DNA from: Nitrospirota bacterium | GTDB taxonomy: Bacteria > Nitrospirota > Nitrospiria > Nitrospirales > Nitrospiraceae | NCBI GenBank assembly: GCA_963701855.1 | Contig: CAVPBK010000004.1 | Coordinates: 128,001-192,000 of the forward strand | Direction: 5' to 3' | Length of the DNA stretch: 64,000 bases | In this document: positions 46,933 to 64,000 of the stretch, piece after piece | Layout: each line of letters starts with the position of its first letter | Numbering within the stretch: the stretch's first letter is position 1 | The notes under the pieces: model-generated | The model's database searches: none | Seen by the model: only the letters and a program-made list of their open reading frames with translations | Told to the model about the DNA's origin: nothing | Position numbers and translations under genes: made by a program

Positions 46933-49014
46933 CTACTCACCCCGATACTTGGCAACAATGGCTTCTGAAATCTGCCTGGGCACCGGCTCGTATCGGTCAA
47001 ACTCCATACTATAGGTGGCACGACCCTGCGTTCGAGACCGAAGATCGGTTGCATACCCGAACATTTCACTGAGTGGCACTGACGCATCAATGACCTGAGC
47101 AGCCGCCCGCCCCTTCATACCTTGGATCTTGCCTCGACGACCGTTCAAATTGCCGATCACATCGCCCATAAAGTCCTGGGGAACCACAACTTCCACCTTC
47201 ATGATCGGCTCGAGCAACACCGGATCGGCTCTCTTACAAGCATCGAGAAATGCCATCGAACCGGCTATCTTAAACGCCATTTCATTGGAATCGACGTCAT
47301 GAAACGACCCGTCGATTACTGTAACCCGCACGTCGCGAAGCGGATAGCCCGCGATCACCCCGGAATCAAGCCGTTCCTTCACACCTTTTTCGATCGCAGG
47401 GATGAACTCTTTTGGAATAGAGCCTCCGACAGTCTTATTGATGAACTCCAAGCCTTTACCTGACTCAGTAGGTTCGACAGTCAACACGACGTGTCCATAC
47501 TGGCCACGACCACCGGTCTGCTTAATATATTTAGACTCAGCTTCAGCCTTCCTGCGAATCGTTTCCCGAAAGGCCACTTCCGGTTTTCCGACATTGGCCT
47601 CTACCTTGAACTCACGCAGCATACGATCGACGATGATTTCCAGATGCAGCTCCCCCATCCCTGCAATGATGGTCTGCGCGGTCTCTTCATCCGTCTTCAC
47701 CCGAAATGATGGATCTTCCTGCGCCAACTTCTGGAGCGCGAACCCCATCTTCTCTTGATCTTGCTTGGTTTTTGGCTCAATCGCCATGGCAATGACCGGC
47801 TCAGGAAACTTCATCACCTCGAGCAGGACCGGCTGCTTTTCATCCGCTAGCGTATCTCCGGTTGTCGCCCCCTTTAGTCCGACGGCTGCGACAATATCAC
47901 CCGCATAGGCCACATCGATATCTTCCCGCTTATTTGCATGCATCTTCAGAAGACGTCCAACGCGATCCCTCGTCCCCTTCGTCACATTCGAGACCGACGT
48001 TCCCGTCTTCAACGTGCCGGAATATACCCGTAGAAATGTGAGCTGACCCGCAAAGGGATCTGTCATAATCTTGAAGGCTAAGGCTGCGAAGGGCTCACTA
48101 TCTGACGGACGTCGCTTTACTTCCTGTTCGGTATTCGGATCAATCCCAGTCACTGATTCGACATCCAGAGGAGACGGAAGAAAATCTACGACCCCATCCA
48201 ACAACTGCTGCACGCCCTTGTTCTTAAAAGCCGACCCGCACAGAATAGGAGTCATCTTCATCGAAATCACGCCCGCACGAATAGCGCGACGAATCTCTTC
48301 TTCCGTTAAGGGCTGGCCATTGAGATACTTTTCCATTGCCTGCTCGTCAAATTCAGCAACCGCATCCAGCATTTTATCGCGGTATTCCTTAGCCCGGTCG
48401 AGCAGATCAGGAGGAATCTCCTTGACGATGTACTTGGCACCAAGCGTCTCGTCGTCGTACACATAGGCCTTCATTGTCACAAGATCGATCGACCCCTTAA
48501 ATTCAGACTCTCGCCCGATGGGAATCTGAATCGGAACAGGGTTTGCTCCCAACCGATCAATCATTGTCTGGACGCTGACATAGAAATCTGCGCCGATTCG
48601 GTCCATCTTGTTCATGAACGCAATCCTCGGCACACTATACTTATCCGCCTGCCGCCAGACCGTCTCCGATTGCGGCTCAACCCCCTGCACGGAGTCAAAC
48701 ACCGCCACAGCCCCATCGAGAACCCGAAGCGAACGCTCGACCTCAATCGTAAAATCAACGTGCCCTGGGGTGTCGATGATATTGATTCGGTGGTCTCGCC
48801 AGAAACAAGTCGTTGCAGCAGCCGTAATTGTAATACCGCGCTCCCGCTCCTGCTCCATCCAGTCCATCGTCGCCGCACCTTCGTGAACTTCACCCATCTT
48901 GTGTGAAATTCCTGTGTAGAAGAGGATGCGCTCCGTAGTCGTCGTCTTACCGGCATCAATGTGAGCCATGATGCCGATATTCCGAGTTTGCTCTAATGGT
49001 GATTGACGCGCCAC
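46933..49014 (-). CDS. fusA: Elongation factor G
   Basis: [15 protein letters not shown] and [11 protein letters not shown] start at 49014. Confidence 0.99.
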   Translation of the reverse strand: MARQSPLEQTRNIGIMAHIDAGKTTTTERILFYTGISHKMGEVHEGAATMDWMEQERERGITITAAATTCFWRDHRINIIDTPGHVDFTIEVERSLRVLDGAVAVFDSVQGVEPQSETVWRQADKYSVPRIAFMNKMDRIGADFYVSVQTMIDRLGANPVPIQIPIGRESEFKGSIDLVTMKAYVYDDETLGAKYIVKEIPPDLLDRAKEYRDKMLDAVAEFDEQAMEKYLNGQPLTEEEIRRAIRAGVISMKMTPILCGSAFKNKGVQQLLDGVVDFLPSPLDVESVTGIDPNTEQEVKRRPSDSEPFAALAFKIMTDPFAGQLTFLRVYSGTLKTGTSVSNVTKGTRDRVGRLLKMHANKREDIDVAYAGDIVAAVGLKGATTGDTLADEKQPVLLEVMKFPEPVIAMAIEPKTKQDQEKMGFALQKLAQEDPSFRVKTDEETAQTIIAGMGELHLEIIVDRMLREFKVEANVGKPEVAFRETIRRKAEAESKYIKQTGGRGQYGHVVLTVEPTESGKGLEFINKTVGGSIPKEFIPAIEKGVKERLDSGVIAGYPLRDVRVTVIDGSFHDVDSNEMAFKIAGSMAFLDACKRADPVLLEPIMKVEVVVPQDFMGDVIGNLNGRRGKIQGMKGRAAAQVIDASVPLSEMFGYATDLRSRTQGRATYSMEFDRYEPVPRQISEAIVAKYRGE

Positions 49015-49125
49015 GTACTTCCCCTGAAAAAATATATGCCGCAACCAGGGCCGGTGAAACGCTGCGATTTGCAATCACCCGCGTGAGCGGATCGCAGCAC
49101 GGCCCAGCTGCAGCACAGAACGACG

Positions 49126-49596
49126 CTACCAGCGATAATGCGCGAACGCCTTATTGGCTTCCGCCATCCGATGCACGTCTTCTCGCTTCTTAACCGCCGC
49201 CCCCGTATTGTTCGATGCGTCCAACAACTCAGCTGCAAGCTTCTCTCTCATACTCTTACCGCCTCGAGTCCTGGAATATTCCGCCAACCATCGAAGCGCC
49301 AGCGACATCCGGCGAGCCGGGCGAATTTCCACCGGCACCTGGTACGAGGCACCACCCACTCGACGCGACTTCACCTCAACGACTGGCTTCACATTATCAA
49401 GCGCTGACCGGAATACTTTAAGTGGATCGTTGCCGGTCTTCTCCTGAATAACATCGAAAGCTCCGTAGCAAATACGCTCAGCCGTACTCTTCTTTCCACC
49501 TGACATCAGAATATTCAAAAATTTCCCGACGAGCTTATCCCGATATCGCACATCAGGAAGTGGATCGCGGTGGTCTAAAAATCTAGTCCTTGGCAT
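49126..49596 (-). CDS. rpsG: 30S ribosomal protein S7
   Basis: [12 protein letters not shown] and [13 protein letters not shown]. Confidence 0.98.
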   Translation of the reverse strand: MPRTRFLDHRDPLPDVRYRDKLVGKFLNILMSGGKKSTAERICYGAFDVIQEKTGNDPLKVFRSALDNVKPVVEVKSRRVGGASYQVPVEIRPARRMSLALRWLAEYSRTRGGKSMREKLAAELLDASNNTGAAVKKREDVHRMAEANKAFAHYRW

Positions 49597-49636
49597 GTGT
49601 CATTCACTCTCTCATTACCAAACTGTGATAATTATC

Positions 49637-50008
49637 TTACTTGGGACGCTTCGCTCCATACTTCGAACGGCTCTGTTTTCGATCCGCCACACCGACAGCA
49701 TCAAGAGCACCTCTGACAATGTGGTAGCGCACACCCGGCAAGTCCTTCACACGACCGCCACGCACAAGTACGATGGAATGCTCTTGAAGGTTGTGGCCGA
49801 CACCGGGGATATATGTTGTGACTTCCATTCCGTTCGTCAACCTGACACGCGCAACTTTACGCAGCGCCGAGTTCGGCTTCTTCGGCGTTGAGGTATAGAC
49901 ACGAAGACAGACACCACGCTTCTGAGGACAGGACTTGAGTGCAGGACTCTTGGTCTTCCCGTGCGCTAGCTGGCGACCTTTTCTGACTAACTGATTAATT
50001 GTCGGCAT
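49637..50008 (-). CDS. rpsL: 30S ribosomal protein S12
   Basis: [10 protein letters not shown] and [10 protein letters not shown]. Confidence 0.99.
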   Translation of the reverse strand: MPTINQLVRKGRQLAHGKTKSPALKSCPQKRGVCLRVYTSTPKKPNSALRKVARVRLTNGMEVTTYIPGVGHNLQEHSIVLVRGGRVKDLPGVRYHIVRGALDAVGVADRKQSRSKYGAKRPK

Positions 50009-50080
50009 TAGTACGTCACTCTCATCTTCGTAACAGTTTGACCGTTTTCCACTTTAACCCTTCAGGGGCAGAGCCGGTGG

Positions 50081-50109
50081 ATTGTAGTGAGCATTGATCG
50101 CTGTGTCAA
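50081..50109 (-). promoter_or_regulatory. Sigma70 promoter of the str operon
   Basis: TTGACA-N17-TACAAT. Confidence 0.8.
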
Positions 50110-50131
50110 GCCTTCACTTTCATCGCTTGCA

Positions 50132-54310
<4,179 letters not shown>

Positions 54311-54359
54311 GGTAGTGACCTCCTCTGACGCCGACCGCTATGGCCGGCACACAAATGGG

Positions 54360-57300
54360 TTAGTCTTGCGACTTGACCAGTTCGACGTCGAGTCCCAAAC
54401 TCTGCAGCTCTTTGACCAAGACGTTAAACGACTCGGGCAATCCAGGCTCCAGGAATGGCTCACCCTTGACGATCGCTTCGTACATCCGCGATCGGCCCGG
54501 CACGTCGTCCGATTTGACCGTCAAGAACTCTTGCAGCGTGGACGCAGCCCCATAGGCCTGCAACGCCCACACTTCCATTTCTCCTAACCGCTGGCCGCCG
54601 AATTGGGCTTTGCCGCCGAGCGGTTGCTGCGTGACGAGCGAATAGGGACCGATTGACCGTGCGTGAATCTTGTCATCGACCAAGTGGTGGAGCTTCAAGA
54701 CATACATGTAGCCGACCGTGACGGGACTGCCGAACATTTCTCCGGTTCGACCGTCCATCAGCAGGGTTTGCCCGCTGGTCGGCAAGTTCGCTTTTTTGAG
54801 TAGTTCCTTAATCTCTGTTTCTGACGCCCCATCGAATACCGGGCTCGCCACCTTGATCCCCAATGCCTTGGCCGCCCAACCCAGGTGAGTTTCTAGAATT
54901 TGACCGACGTTCATTCGTGACGGCACGCCGAGTGGATTCAGCACAATTTCCACCGGAGTCCCATCCGGTAAGCAGGGCATGTCTTCCTCGGGTAAGACCC
55001 GAGAGACCACGCCTTTGTTTCCATGCCGCCCGGCCATCTTGTCGCCGACCTGAATTTTGCGCTTCATCGACACATAGACCTTGACGAGCTTGATCACACC
55101 AGGCGGAAGCTCATCGCCCCGCTTCAGGCGTCCCACCTTCTCGTCGTACAGCGTCTGAAGGATTTCGATCTGCTCCTTCGCCCGCCGCTCGACGTCTTCC
55201 AGTTCTTTCTGCTCGTCAGGATCGCTCAGAATGATGTAGCGGACCGTCTCATCCGGCAACCGTTTGAGAATCTCTGCGGTCAGCTTGCCCTTCTTTTTCA
55301 GAATGACATCGCCGCTCTCAGGATCCATCAAATCACGGCCGACCACCTTCCCCAGCAGCAGTTTTCTGAACTTCTTCGTTTTTTCTTCGTCGATGATACG
55401 AAGCTCCTCGTGGTGATCACGCTGGAGCTTCATCGCATCGTCGCTTTCGATACTCTTGGAACGTTCGTCCTTATCGAGCCCCTTGCGTGAAAAGATTTTC
55501 ACATCGACGACGATGCCCTCGACACCCGGCGGCACTGTGAGCGATGTATCCTTCACATCGCCCGCTTTCTCACCAAAGATGGCCCGCAGCAGCTTTTCTT
55601 CCGGCGTCAGCTGTGTTTCGCCTTTCGGCGTCACCTTCCCGACCAGAATATTTCCAGGCTTCACTTCGGCCCCGATACGGATAATCCCGCTCTCGTCAAG
55701 ATCGCGAAGCGCTTCCTCTCCAACGTTCGGAATGTCGCGCGTAATGTCCTCTTTCCCCAACTTGGTGTCGCGGGCCTCCACTTCGAATTCCTCAATGTGA
55801 ATCGAGGTGAACGCATCCTCACGCACCAGCTTTTCACTCAACAGAATGGCGTCTTCGAAGTTGTATCCGCCCCAGGGCATGAAGGCGACCAAAATGTTCT
55901 TACCCAATGCCAGTTCGCCATGATCGATGGCGGGACCGTCGGCTAAGACCTGTCCCACTTTCACGGGCTGCCCAAGCCGAACCACTGGCGTCTGCGTAAT
56001 GGTCGTACTTTGATTCGATCGCTGAAACTTGATCAGATCGTACACGTCCAAGCCGGCATCATTTCTTTTCCGACCTTCTTTCGAGTCGGCACGCACAACG
56101 ATCCTCGTGGCATCCACGCTTTCCACGACACCGGCACGCCGGGCCTGCACGACATAGCCCGAATCACGCGCGACCACGGTTTCCATTCCCGTACCGACTA
56201 ACGGAGCCTCCGACTTAAGCAGCGGCACCGCCTGACGCTGCATGTTCGATCCCATCAAGGCACGGTTGGCGTCGTCATGTTCCAAGAACGGCACCAAGGC
56301 AGTAGCCACGCTCACCACCTGTTTCGGCGACACGTCCATGTACTCGATCTTATCTGAGGTGGCTGTCACGAAATCTCCGGCAGCTCGCGCCGAAATATTT
56401 TCGGATACCAGGCGGCCAGACGCATCCACTTTGGAGTTCGCCTGTGCGATGATGTACTTATCCCCTTCGATCGCGGAAAGAAACTCGATTTCGTCGGTAA
56501 CCCGCCCCTTCACCACTTTGCGATATGGCGCTTCAATAAATCCAAACTTATTGATGCGCGCATAGGTCGCCAACGACGTGATCAAGCCGATGTTCGGGCC
56601 TTCCGGCGTTTCAATCGGACAAATACGGCTATAGTGCGAAGGATGGACGTCGCGAACTTCGAACCCCGCTCGCTCTCTGGTCAACCCGCCGGGACCGAGC
56701 GCAGAAAGCCGCCGTTTGTGTGTAATTTCTGCGAGCGGGTTCGTTTGGTCCATGAATTGAGACAGCTGGCTGCTGCTGAAGAACTCTTTCACGGCAGCGA
56801 CCACGGGCTTCGCATTGATCAAATCGTGCGGCAGCACTGTTTCCATATCCAGCAGATTCATCCGTTCCTTGATACTGCGCTCCATGCGGACTAACCCGAG
56901 TCGGAATTGGTTCTCCAACAACTCGCCGACCGAACGGACACGACGATTGCCCAGGTGGTCGATGTCGTCGATTTCGCCCTTGCCCAGTTTCAAGTTCACG
57001 AGATAGCGAATCACCTCGACCATGTCCTGCGCCGTTAGCGTCCGCTGCTCCAGCGGCAGATCGAGACCCAGCTTCTTATTCAACTTCAGGCGCCCAACCG
57101 GCGAAAGATCGTACCGCTTGGAGTTCATGAACAGATTGTCGAAGAGTGCTCGCGCCGTGTCGACTGAGGGCGTTTCTCCCGGCCGCAAGCGGCGATAGAT
57201 CTCGACCATCGCCTCCTCTTTGGAGACGGTCTTATCCATCTCCAAGGTGTCCAGAATCACCGGCGTCGATGTAACCGTATCGAAGTAGATCGCCTTGAAT

Positions 57301-58316
57301 TCTTCAATGTCGCTTTCGAGCAGCGACTCGACAATCTCAGCGGTGAGCCGCTGATTTTTCTCAGCTATCTTGTTTTTCTTTGAATCCACCAGTTCGGTCA
57401 GGACCGCACGACCGACCAATTCGCTCGGCGCAAGCGGGATTTCCTTCACGCCAGCCGCCTTGAGCTTTGCGATGAGCCCCTTCGTAAGCTTGGCGCCTTC
57501 CCGCACCAATGGTTCCTTGCCGCCTTTTTCTAACACTTCCGCCGAACAGCGCAGACCCTGATGAATCTCAGGGTCGAGTTTTCGCAGCATCTTGCCCTTG
57601 GCGATCCGAATCTCCTCGACCGGGTAATACATCTTGAGCAAATCGTCGCCCGAATACCCGAAGGCCTTCAACAGAATGGTCGTCGGCATTTTTCGCCGAC
57701 GGTCAATGCGCACATAGAGAATATCGCGAGCATCGAATTCGAAATCCAACCACGATCCGCGATAGGGAATGATTCTGGCAGAGTACAACACCTTGCCGCT
57801 GGAGTGCGTCCGGCCCTTATCGTGCGTAAAAGACGCCCCCGGAGACCGATGCAACTGACTGACCACCACACGTTCCGTGCCATTGACAATGAAAGTTCCC
57901 CGCTCCGTCATGAGCGGCAGCTCGCCGACGTAGACTTCCTGCTCTCGGACGTCGAGCACCTTTTTCTTGGAACCCTTATCTTCCTTGTCGAACACGACCA
58001 AGCGTACTCGGAGCTTGAGTGGAACAGCAAAGGTCATTCCCTGTTCAAGGCATTCTCGCTCATCGTACTTTGGGGTGCCGAGCGTGTAGCTCGTAAACTC
58101 CAATACGGCCGTATTGTTGTAGTCCGGAATCGGAAAGACGCTCGCCAGGGCTGCCTGGAGCCCATGATCTTTGCGACGTTCCGGCTCGACCTCCCGCTGA
58201 AGAAATTCTTCATAGGAGCGCTTCTGGATCTCAATAAGATCGGGAATTTCGATGCTGCTATGAATGCGAGAGTAGTCTTTTCGCTCGATAAACTCTTGCA
58301 GAGTCGTTTCGGACAT
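54360..58316 (-). CDS. rpoB: RNA polymerase beta subunit
   Basis: [21 protein letters not shown] and [15 protein letters not shown] at 58316. Confidence 0.99.
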   Translation of the reverse strand: MSETTLQEFIERKDYSRIHSSIEIPDLIEIQKRSYEEFLQREVEPERRKDHGLQAALASVFPIPDYNNTAVLEFTSYTLGTPKYDERECLEQGMTFAVPLKLRVRLVVFDKEDKGSKKKVLDVREQEVYVGELPLMTERGTFIVNGTERVVVSQLHRSPGASFTHDKGRTHSSGKVLYSARIIPYRGSWLDFEFDARDILYVRIDRRRKMPTTILLKAFGYSGDDLLKMYYPVEEIRIAKGKMLRKLDPEIHQGLRCSAEVLEKGGKEPLVREGAKLTKGLIAKLKAAGVKEIPLAPSELVGRAVLTELVDSKKNKIAEKNQRLTAEIVESLLESDIEEFKAIYFDTVTSTPVILDTLEMDKTVSKEEAMVEIYRRLRPGETPSVDTARALFDNLFMNSKRYDLSPVGRLKLNKKLGLDLPLEQRTLTAQDMVEVIRYLVNLKLGKGEIDDIDHLGNRRVRSVGELLENQFRLGLVRMERSIKERMNLLDMETVLPHDLINAKPVVAAVKEFFSSSQLSQFMDQTNPLAEITHKRRLSALGPGGLTRERAGFEVRDVHPSHYSRICPIETPEGPNIGLITSLATYARINKFGFIEAPYRKVVKGRVTDEIEFLSAIEGDKYIIAQANSKVDASGRLVSENISARAAGDFVTATSDKIEYMDVSPKQVVSVATALVPFLEHDDANRALMGSNMQRQAVPLLKSEAPLVGTGMETVVARDSGYVVQARRAGVVESVDATRIVVRADSKEGRKRNDAGLDVYDLIKFQRSNQSTTITQTPVVRLGQPVKVGQVLADGPAIDHGELALGKNILVAFMPWGGYNFEDAILLSEKLVREDAFTSIHIEEFEVEARDTKLGKEDITRDIPNVGEEALRDLDESGIIRIGAEVKPGNILVGKVTPKGETQLTPEEKLLRAIFGEKAGDVKDTSLTVPPGVEGIVVDVKIFSRKGLDKDERSKSIESDDAMKLQRDHHEELRIIDEEKTKKFRKLLLGKVVGRDLMDPESGDVILKKKGKLTAEILKRLPDETVRYIILSDPDEQKELEDVERRAKEQIEILQTLYDEKVGRLKRGDELPPGVIKLVKVYVSMKRKIQVGDKMAGRHGNKGVVSRVLPEEDMPCLPDGTPVEIVLNPLGVPSRMNVGQILETHLGWAAKALGIKVASPVFDGASETEIKELLKKANLPTSGQTLLMDGRTGEMFGSPVTVGYMYVLKLHHLVDDKIHARSIGPYSLVTQQPLGGKAQFGGQRLGEMEVWALQAYGAASTLQEFLTVKSDDVPGRSRMYEAIVKGEPFLEPGLPESFNVLVKELQSLGLDVELVKSQD

Positions 58317-58403
58317 TCGCCGGTCCTCCACTACACAATGGGCAAACTTGGGCGCCCGCACATGGCAGACGCCCACAGATTCTAGAGACTGGTCAAATCG
58401 AGA

Positions 58404-58802
58404 CTACTTGATCTCGACCTTGGCGCCGCTCTCTTCGAGCTTCTTCTTCATGGTGTCGCATTCTTCCTTCGTCACACCGGTCTTCACAGGCTTTGGCGCG
58501 CCTTCGACCAGATCCTTCGCTTCCTTCAACCCGAGGCTGGTGAGTTCGCGAACGACCTTAATGACTTGGATTTTCTTGTCCGCCGGAGCAGACACAAGCA
58601 CGACGTCGAACGCTGTCTTCTCTTCAGCTGCAGCGGCGGCACCCCCACCTGCTGCAGGAGCGGCAGCAGCGACCGGTGCGGCAGCAGTGACGCCGAATCG
58701 AGCCTCTAACCCCTTCACGAGTTCTGCTAAATCGAGCACACTCATCGTCTCGATGGCCTTGATTAACTCTTCCTGTGATAATTTTGCCGTGGTCGTTGAC
58801 AT
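58404..58802 (-). CDS. rplL: 50S ribosomal protein L7/L12 (internal start)
   Basis: [30 protein letters not shown]...[10 protein letters not shown]...GAKVEIK; SD AAGGAG lies 8 nt upstream of ATG 58802. Confidence 0.9.
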   Translation of the reverse strand: MSTTTAKLSQEELIKAIETMSVLDLAELVKGLEARFGVTAAAPVAAAAPAAGGGAAAAAEEKTAFDVVLVSAPADKKIQVIKVVRELTSLGLKEAKDLVEGAPKPVKTGVTKEECDTMKKKLEESGAKVEIK

Positions 58803-59336
58803 GTCCCCATCTCCTTTTCGTTTGTCTTGAATGGCTGCAATGACTCTCACAAATTTCGACAAGACCGCGCTAAGCGTATACACCAGGCCACGCGCCGGTC
58901 CCTGCATGGCCGACAATAACATCGCAATGAGAACTTCCTTCTTCGGCAGCTTCGCAACCGCCGCCAACTCAGCCGGCTGCACCACCTTGCCTTCCAACAC
59001 ACCGATGGTGATCTTAATCTTCTGTTCGCGCTTCTCCGCCAGAATAAAATCCCGAAGGATCTTGGTGGGGAGCACCGGATCGTCATAGCCGATCACCAGC
59101 CCCGTCGGTCCCTTAAGATACGTCTTCACCCCTGAAAGGATCGTGCCCTCAGAAGCACGGGCAGCCAACGTATTCTTCACGACCTTGTATTCGGCTTTGG
59201 CGCCTCGCAACAGCTTGCGAAGTTCCGTAACCTGGTTGACGGAAAGCCCGGCACTTTCGGTGACTATGGCAAGCCGTGCACGACCGAATGTCTCCGTCAA
59301 CTCTGCAACGGCTGTCGATTTCTCGTCCTTATTCAT
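58404..59336 (-). CDS. rplJ: 50S ribosomal protein L10 fused in frame to L7/L12 (310 aa)
   Basis: Residues 1-~175 are L10 ([18 protein letters not shown]) and continue with no stop codon into L7/L12. Confidence 0.9.
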   Translation of the reverse strand: MNKDEKSTAVAELTETFGRARLAIVTESAGLSVNQVTELRKLLRGAKAEYKVVKNTLAARASEGTILSGVKTYLKGPTGLVIGYDDPVLPTKILRDFILAEKREQKIKITIGVLEGKVVQPAELAAVAKLPKKEVLIAMLLSAMQGPARGLVYTLSAVLSKFVRVIAAIQDKRKGDGDMSTTTAKLSQEELIKAIETMSVLDLAELVKGLEARFGVTAAAPVAAAAPAAGGGAAAAAEEKTAFDVVLVSAPADKKIQVIKVVRELTSLGLKEAKDLVEGAPKPVKTGVTKEECDTMKKKLEESGAKVEIK

Positions 59337-59373
59337 AATCGAACCCTTCCCCTTCCACGCGGCAACACCCCGA

Positions 59374-60066
59374 CTAACTCCACTCCTTGGCTAACGCAAT
59401 GGCGTCAAGCTTCACCCCAGGCCCCATCGTGCTCGAAAGAGTCGCGCTCATCAGATAGCGCCCTTTGCACGAGGCGGGCTTTGCTTTGATCACGGCCTCA
59501 AGAACCGCCGCAGCATTGTCATAGAGCTGCTCAGGCTGAAACGATACCTTCCCGACAGGCACCTGAATGATTCCGGCCTTTTCAACCTTGTACTCCACAC
59601 GACCCTTACGGATTTCCGACACGGCCTTGCCGACGTCAAAGGTCACGGTCCCGGTCTTCGGATTCGGCATAAGCCCGCGAGGGCCCAGAGCCTTTCCGAG
59701 CTTCCCGACGGCCGCCATGAGATCCGGAGTCGAAATGGCACAATCGAAGTCCAGCCATCCACCCTTGATCTTTTCCATCAAGTCATCGGACCCGACATAG
59801 TCCGCTCCGGCTTGCCGCGCCTCCTGCTCCTTCTCTCCCTTGGCAAAGACCAGCACGCGCACTTTCTTCCCCGTGCCATGCGGCAGCGAGGTCGTGCCAC
59901 GCACCATTTGGTCCGCACGTTTAGGATCGACGCCTAGGCGAAGCGCCAGATCGACGGATTCATCAAACTTTGTGAAGGCTGAACGCTTCACCGCCTCGAC
60001 TGCCTCACGCAGAGCATAGGTCCGAGGTTCAAGCTTCTCAACTGCCGCTCTCATCTTCTTCCCCAT
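59374..60066 (-). CDS. rplA: 50S ribosomal protein L1
   Basis: [14 protein letters not shown] and [11 protein letters not shown]. Confidence 0.98.
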   Translation of the reverse strand: MGKKMRAAVEKLEPRTYALREAVEAVKRSAFTKFDESVDLALRLGVDPKRADQMVRGTTSLPHGTGKKVRVLVFAKGEKEQEARQAGADYVGSDDLMEKIKGGWLDFDCAISTPDLMAAVGKLGKALGPRGLMPNPKTGTVTFDVGKAVSEIRKGRVEYKVEKAGIIQVPVGKVSFQPEQLYDNAAAVLEAVIKAKPASCKGRYLMSATLSSTMGPGVKLDAIALAKEWS

Positions 60067-60139
60067 TTCCGTTCTCCCCTCTACACCATCGCAAATTCTG
60101 GATCGGGCAGTACGTGGCAGTCCTGCCTGATCTAACGCC

Positions 60140-60565
60140 TCACCCTTGAACTACCACTCCCATACTGCGCGCCGTCCCCTCAATGATCTTGATCGCCCCC
60201 TCAAGATCGACGGCATTGAGATCCGTCAGCTTTTTTTGTGCGATCTCACGCAACTGCGCCTTTGTAATCTTTCCGACCTTGTCTTTCTGGGGAACACCTG
60301 ATCCCTTAATGATACCCGCAGCCTTCTTCAAGAGATCGGACGCCGGCGGAGTTTTCATCACAAAGGTAAACGACCGGTCCTTGTAGACCGTGATGACCAC
60401 CGGGATGATGCTATCCCCTTCTTTTTGCGTCTTCGCGTTGAACTGCTTGCAAAACTCCATGATGTTGACACCGTGCTGACCCAGCGACGGTCCGACAGGG
60501 GGAGCCGGGTTTGCCTTCCCGGCTGGAATCTGCAACTTAATCTGTGCCGATACTTCCTTGGCCAT
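60140..60565 (-). CDS. rplK: 50S ribosomal protein L11
   Basis: [12 protein letters not shown] and GTARSMG. Confidence 0.98.
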   Translation of the reverse strand: MAKEVSAQIKLQIPAGKANPAPPVGPSLGQHGVNIMEFCKQFNAKTQKEGDSIIPVVITVYKDRSFTFVMKTPPASDLLKKAAGIIKGSGVPQKDKVGKITKAQLREIAQKKLTDLNAVDLEGAIKIIEGTARSMGVVVQG

Positions 60566-60602
60566 GTCCTACACTCCTACCCGCGTTCGACCATTTCGGA
60601 GG

Positions 60603-61139
60603 TTAAATCCGCTCAACTTGCAAAAACCCAAGCTCCACCGGAGTGGAGCGTCCAAAAATACTGACCAGGACTTTAAGCCGGGCATGGTCCTGAGCCACTT
60701 CGTCCACCACACCATTAAATCCAAGAAACGGCCCATCGATGATCCGCACATTATCCGTCTTGATAAATTTGACCTGTTCACGTGGCCCGGACGCTCCCAC
60801 ATCAACCTGCTTCAACAGCGACTCTACTTCGCCCATCGACAAGGGTGTAGGCTGCGCACCAGCGCCGACAAATCCTGTGACCTTCGGCGTCTCTTTGATC
60901 ATCTGCAAGGTCTCATCGATGAGCGGGGACTCCAACTCCACAATCACATAACCCGGGAAAAACTTTCGTCGAGACGTTCGGCGCTTACCGTCCTTGATCT
61001 CGATCACATCCTCCGTCGGCACGAGTACCTGTCCCAGCTTCTCAACCAATCCCATTTGATTGGCTCGTTCCAGTAAGCTGGTCTTCACCCGTCCCTCGAA
61101 GCCTGCGTAGGTATGAATGACGTACCAATTCTTTGCCAT
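60603..61139 (-). CDS. nusG: Transcription termination/antitermination factor NusG
   Basis: WYVIHTYAGFE, FFPGYV and IFGRSTPVEL. Confidence 0.98.
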   Translation of the reverse strand: MAKNWYVIHTYAGFEGRVKTSLLERANQMGLVEKLGQVLVPTEDVIEIKDGKRRTSRRKFFPGYVIVELESPLIDETLQMIKETPKVTGFVGAGAQPTPLSMGEVESLLKQVDVGASGPREQVKFIKTDNVRIIDGPFLGFNGVVDEVAQDHARLKVLVSIFGRSTPVELGFLQVERI

Positions 61140-61203
61140 GCCCTACCCTCGGATCATTGGTTGACTGTATGTCATGCGGAGGCTCTCACTTCCTGATATC
61201 TGT

Positions 61204-61398
61204 CTATATAATCTTGCTCACTACCCATACGAGAATCGAGTCGACGGCCGACAGATACAGAGACATGATGATGCAGAAGACAATGACCACTGTCGTGGAC
61301 CCGATCGTTTCGGCCCGAGTCGGAAACGACACTTTCTTCAACTCTCCACGCACATCGATGAAGAACTCTCGGATAGAATCCGTAAACTTCCTGAACAT
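61204..61398 (-). CDS. secE: Preprotein translocase SecE
   Basis: ELKKVSFPTR plus a single TM; upstream of nusG. Confidence 0.93.
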   Translation of the reverse strand: MFRKFTDSIREFFIDVRGELKKVSFPTRAETIGSTTVVIVFCIIMSLYLSAVDSILVWVVSKII

Positions 61399-61532
61399 GC
61401 GCACCTCACCTTCGCTTCTTAGAGAGAGAGAACGCGCTTCGCCCCCTCACCTCGCCCAACTTCCCCGCTCGCCACAAACCTACTCGCAATCTACCGTCGG
61501 TATTGATCCTGACCCTTCCACTACCCAGCGAT

Positions 61533-61607
61533 TGGCAGGGGCACTAGGATTTGAACCCAGACTCTCGGTTTTGGAGACCGATGTGCTACCATTGACACCA
61601 TGCCCCT
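61533..61607 (-). tRNA. tRNA-Trp (CCA)
   Basis: AGGGGCA...GGTCTCCAAAACC...GGTTCAAATCC...TGCCCCTGCCA. Confidence 0.95.
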
Positions 61608-61646
61608 ACGACGGCTGACACCCAGCCATTGAGCCGGCAGCCCAAC

Positions 61647-61796
61647 TTACTTCACTTCCTTATGGGCAATGTGTTTCCGACAGAACTTGCAGAACTTATT
61701 CCGCTCAAGCCGATCCGGATCGTTCTTCTTATTCTTCATCGTGGAATAGTTCCGCTGCTTGCAGATCGTGCATGCCAAATCAATGATCTCTCGCAT
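61647..61796 (-). CDS. rpmG: 50S ribosomal protein L33, Zn-type (not in ORF track)
   Basis: Translated by hand: [49 protein letters not shown]. Confidence 0.96.
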   Translation of the reverse strand: MREIIDLACTICKQRNYSTMKNKKNDPDRLERNKFCKFCRKHIAHKEVK

Positions 61797-61834
61797 CTCA
61801 ATACTCCCATGCCGTCATACGACAACAGTCAGAT

Positions 61835-63040
<1,206 letters not shown>

Positions 63041-63123
63041 ACCGTACTCCTTTTCTAAAAATCCCCGGAAGCCCTACCGCCTCACGCACTCTTAATGAGC
63101 CCATGGATCGAGCGATCTCTTCC

Positions 63124-63199
63124 TGGAGCCCACGACGCGGATCGAACGCGTGACCTCGTCCTTACCAAGGACGTGCTCTACCAACTGAGCTACGTGGGC
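63124..63199 (-). tRNA. tRNA-Thr (GGT)
   Basis: GCCCACG...GTCCTTGGTAAGGAC...GTTCGATCC...CGTGGGCTCCA. Confidence 0.96.
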
Positions 63200-63207
63200 G
63201 TCCCTCT

Positions 63208-63305
63208 CCGTGAAACGTGAATCGTAAAAGGTGAAACGGCGCTCCATATCTACCGAACTACCGACCCAGACACTTCCTCGACATTTCACGTTTTACGCCT
63301 CGCGT
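63208..63305. repeat. Inverted degenerate heptamer arrays (CGTGAAA / TTTCACG) between tRNAs
   Basis: CGTGAAACGTGAATCGTAAAAGGTGAAACG ... CATTTCACGTTTTACGCCTCGCG. Confidence 0.6.
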
Positions 63306-63312
63306 CTTCTCT

Positions 63313-63387
63313 TGGAGCGGGCGATGGGATTTGAACCCACGACAGCCAGCTTGGAAGGCTGGAACTCTACCACTGAGCTACGCCCGC
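63313..63387 (-). tRNA. tRNA-Gly (TCC)
   Basis: GCGGGCG...CCAGCCTTCCAAGCTGG...GGTTCAAATCC...CGCCCGCTCCA. Confidence 0.96.
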
Positions 63388-63394
63388 CCATCAT

Positions 63395-63466
63395 TGAATG
63401 CTGAGTGCGCAGTGCTGAGTTCAAAGGCTGATTTCTCATTCGCTCAACATTCAGCACTCACCACTC
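63395..63466. repeat. Inverted degenerate heptamer arrays (TGCTGAG / CTCAGCA) between tRNAs
   Basis: TGAATGCTGAGTGCGCAGTGCTGAGT ... GCTCAACATTCAGCACTCACCACTC. Confidence 0.6.
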
Positions 63467-63488
63467 GGAACTTGCCTGCATCCAGCTT

Positions 63489-63573
63489 TGGTGGGCAGGC
63501 AAGGATTCGAACCTTGGAAGCCGATGGCAACAGATTTACAGTCTGCCCCCTTTGGCCACTTGGGTACCTGCCC
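63489..63573 (-). tRNA. tRNA-Tyr (GTA)
   Basis: GGGCAGG...GCAGACTGTAAATCTGT, long variable arm, GGTTCGAATCC...CCTGCCCACCA. Confidence 0.96.
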
Positions 63574-63741
63574 GAAACGCTTTCACACGACACAACAATT
63601 CTAAATGCTTCCTTACCATTATCTTTTTCATCCGTATGATGAAAAAATAAAAGCAAGCCGGTCCACGCACGGCCCCCACTCCTTATTGAACAAGGATGAA
63701 TGAGGTGCGCTGTGGACATAGACTTGTTTATGAAACGCTGG

Positions 63742-63770
63742 ATTCTATTGATGAAGTATGGCGATGTCAA
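63742..63770 (-). promoter_or_regulatory. Sigma70 promoter of the tRNA-tuf operon
   Basis: TTGACA-N17-TAGAAT. Confidence 0.8.
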
Positions 63771-64000
63771 GACCCAAAAGCAGAATTATCTTGTTTTTAT
63801 CCGAAACTCATTTCCATAGAGAGGAGGTTTCCCCTAGCCCCGTCCTGCCAAGTCCTCTCTTTTTCGTATTTACCTTTCTCGACGATATCTTATTTCCTAT
63901 GTCAATCTCACTTTCCCGACGCCCCACAGATATTTCATATGCTTATGGAAATACACATTTTACTATCTGCACTGACCTTGTCGTTCAATTCCCTGACCCA

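Noticed and set aside
60067..60139. Hairpin between rplK and rplA as an L1 autoregulatory site
   Set aside because: The hairpin is present, but I could not match the L1-binding motif with confidence.

Overview
Bacterial chromosome segment, probably Nitrospira-like (inferred from gene order and protein sequences, not from a search). Almost all genes are on the minus strand. Left part (1-19 kb): a nitrogen-assimilation region with partial glnE, a GAF/sigma54 activator, a vapBC toxin-antitoxin pair, the operon porin-amtB-glnB-glnD-glnA, two paralogous lipoproteins on the plus strand, and aroB-(GAF-GAF-ANTAR)-nadE. Middle: pilMNOPQ and lptCAB-rpoN-hpf-rapZ. Right part (30-64 kb): the ribosomal superoperon (tRNAs Tyr/Gly/Thr, tuf, rpmG, tRNA-Trp, secE, nusG, rplKA, rplJ/L, rpoBC, and the str, S10, spc and alpha clusters). 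Main findings: (1) the ~410-nt leader of the porin-amtB-glnB-glnD-glnA operon carries two pairs of ANTAR-type hexaloop hairpins, one overlapping an intrinsic terminator, and a GAF-GAF-ANTAR gene lies 4 kb away, suggesting RNA-level antitermination control of ammonium uptake and assimilation; (2) L10 and L7/L12 form one continuous ORF with an internal ribosome-binding site; (3) an opposite-strand sigma54 site lies on the -10 box of the likely promoter of the rpoN-containing operon; (4) an unannotated 33-aa membrane peptide sits behind a sigma54 promoter. glnA and the sigma54 activator each carry a 1-nt insertion frameshift, probably sequencing error.
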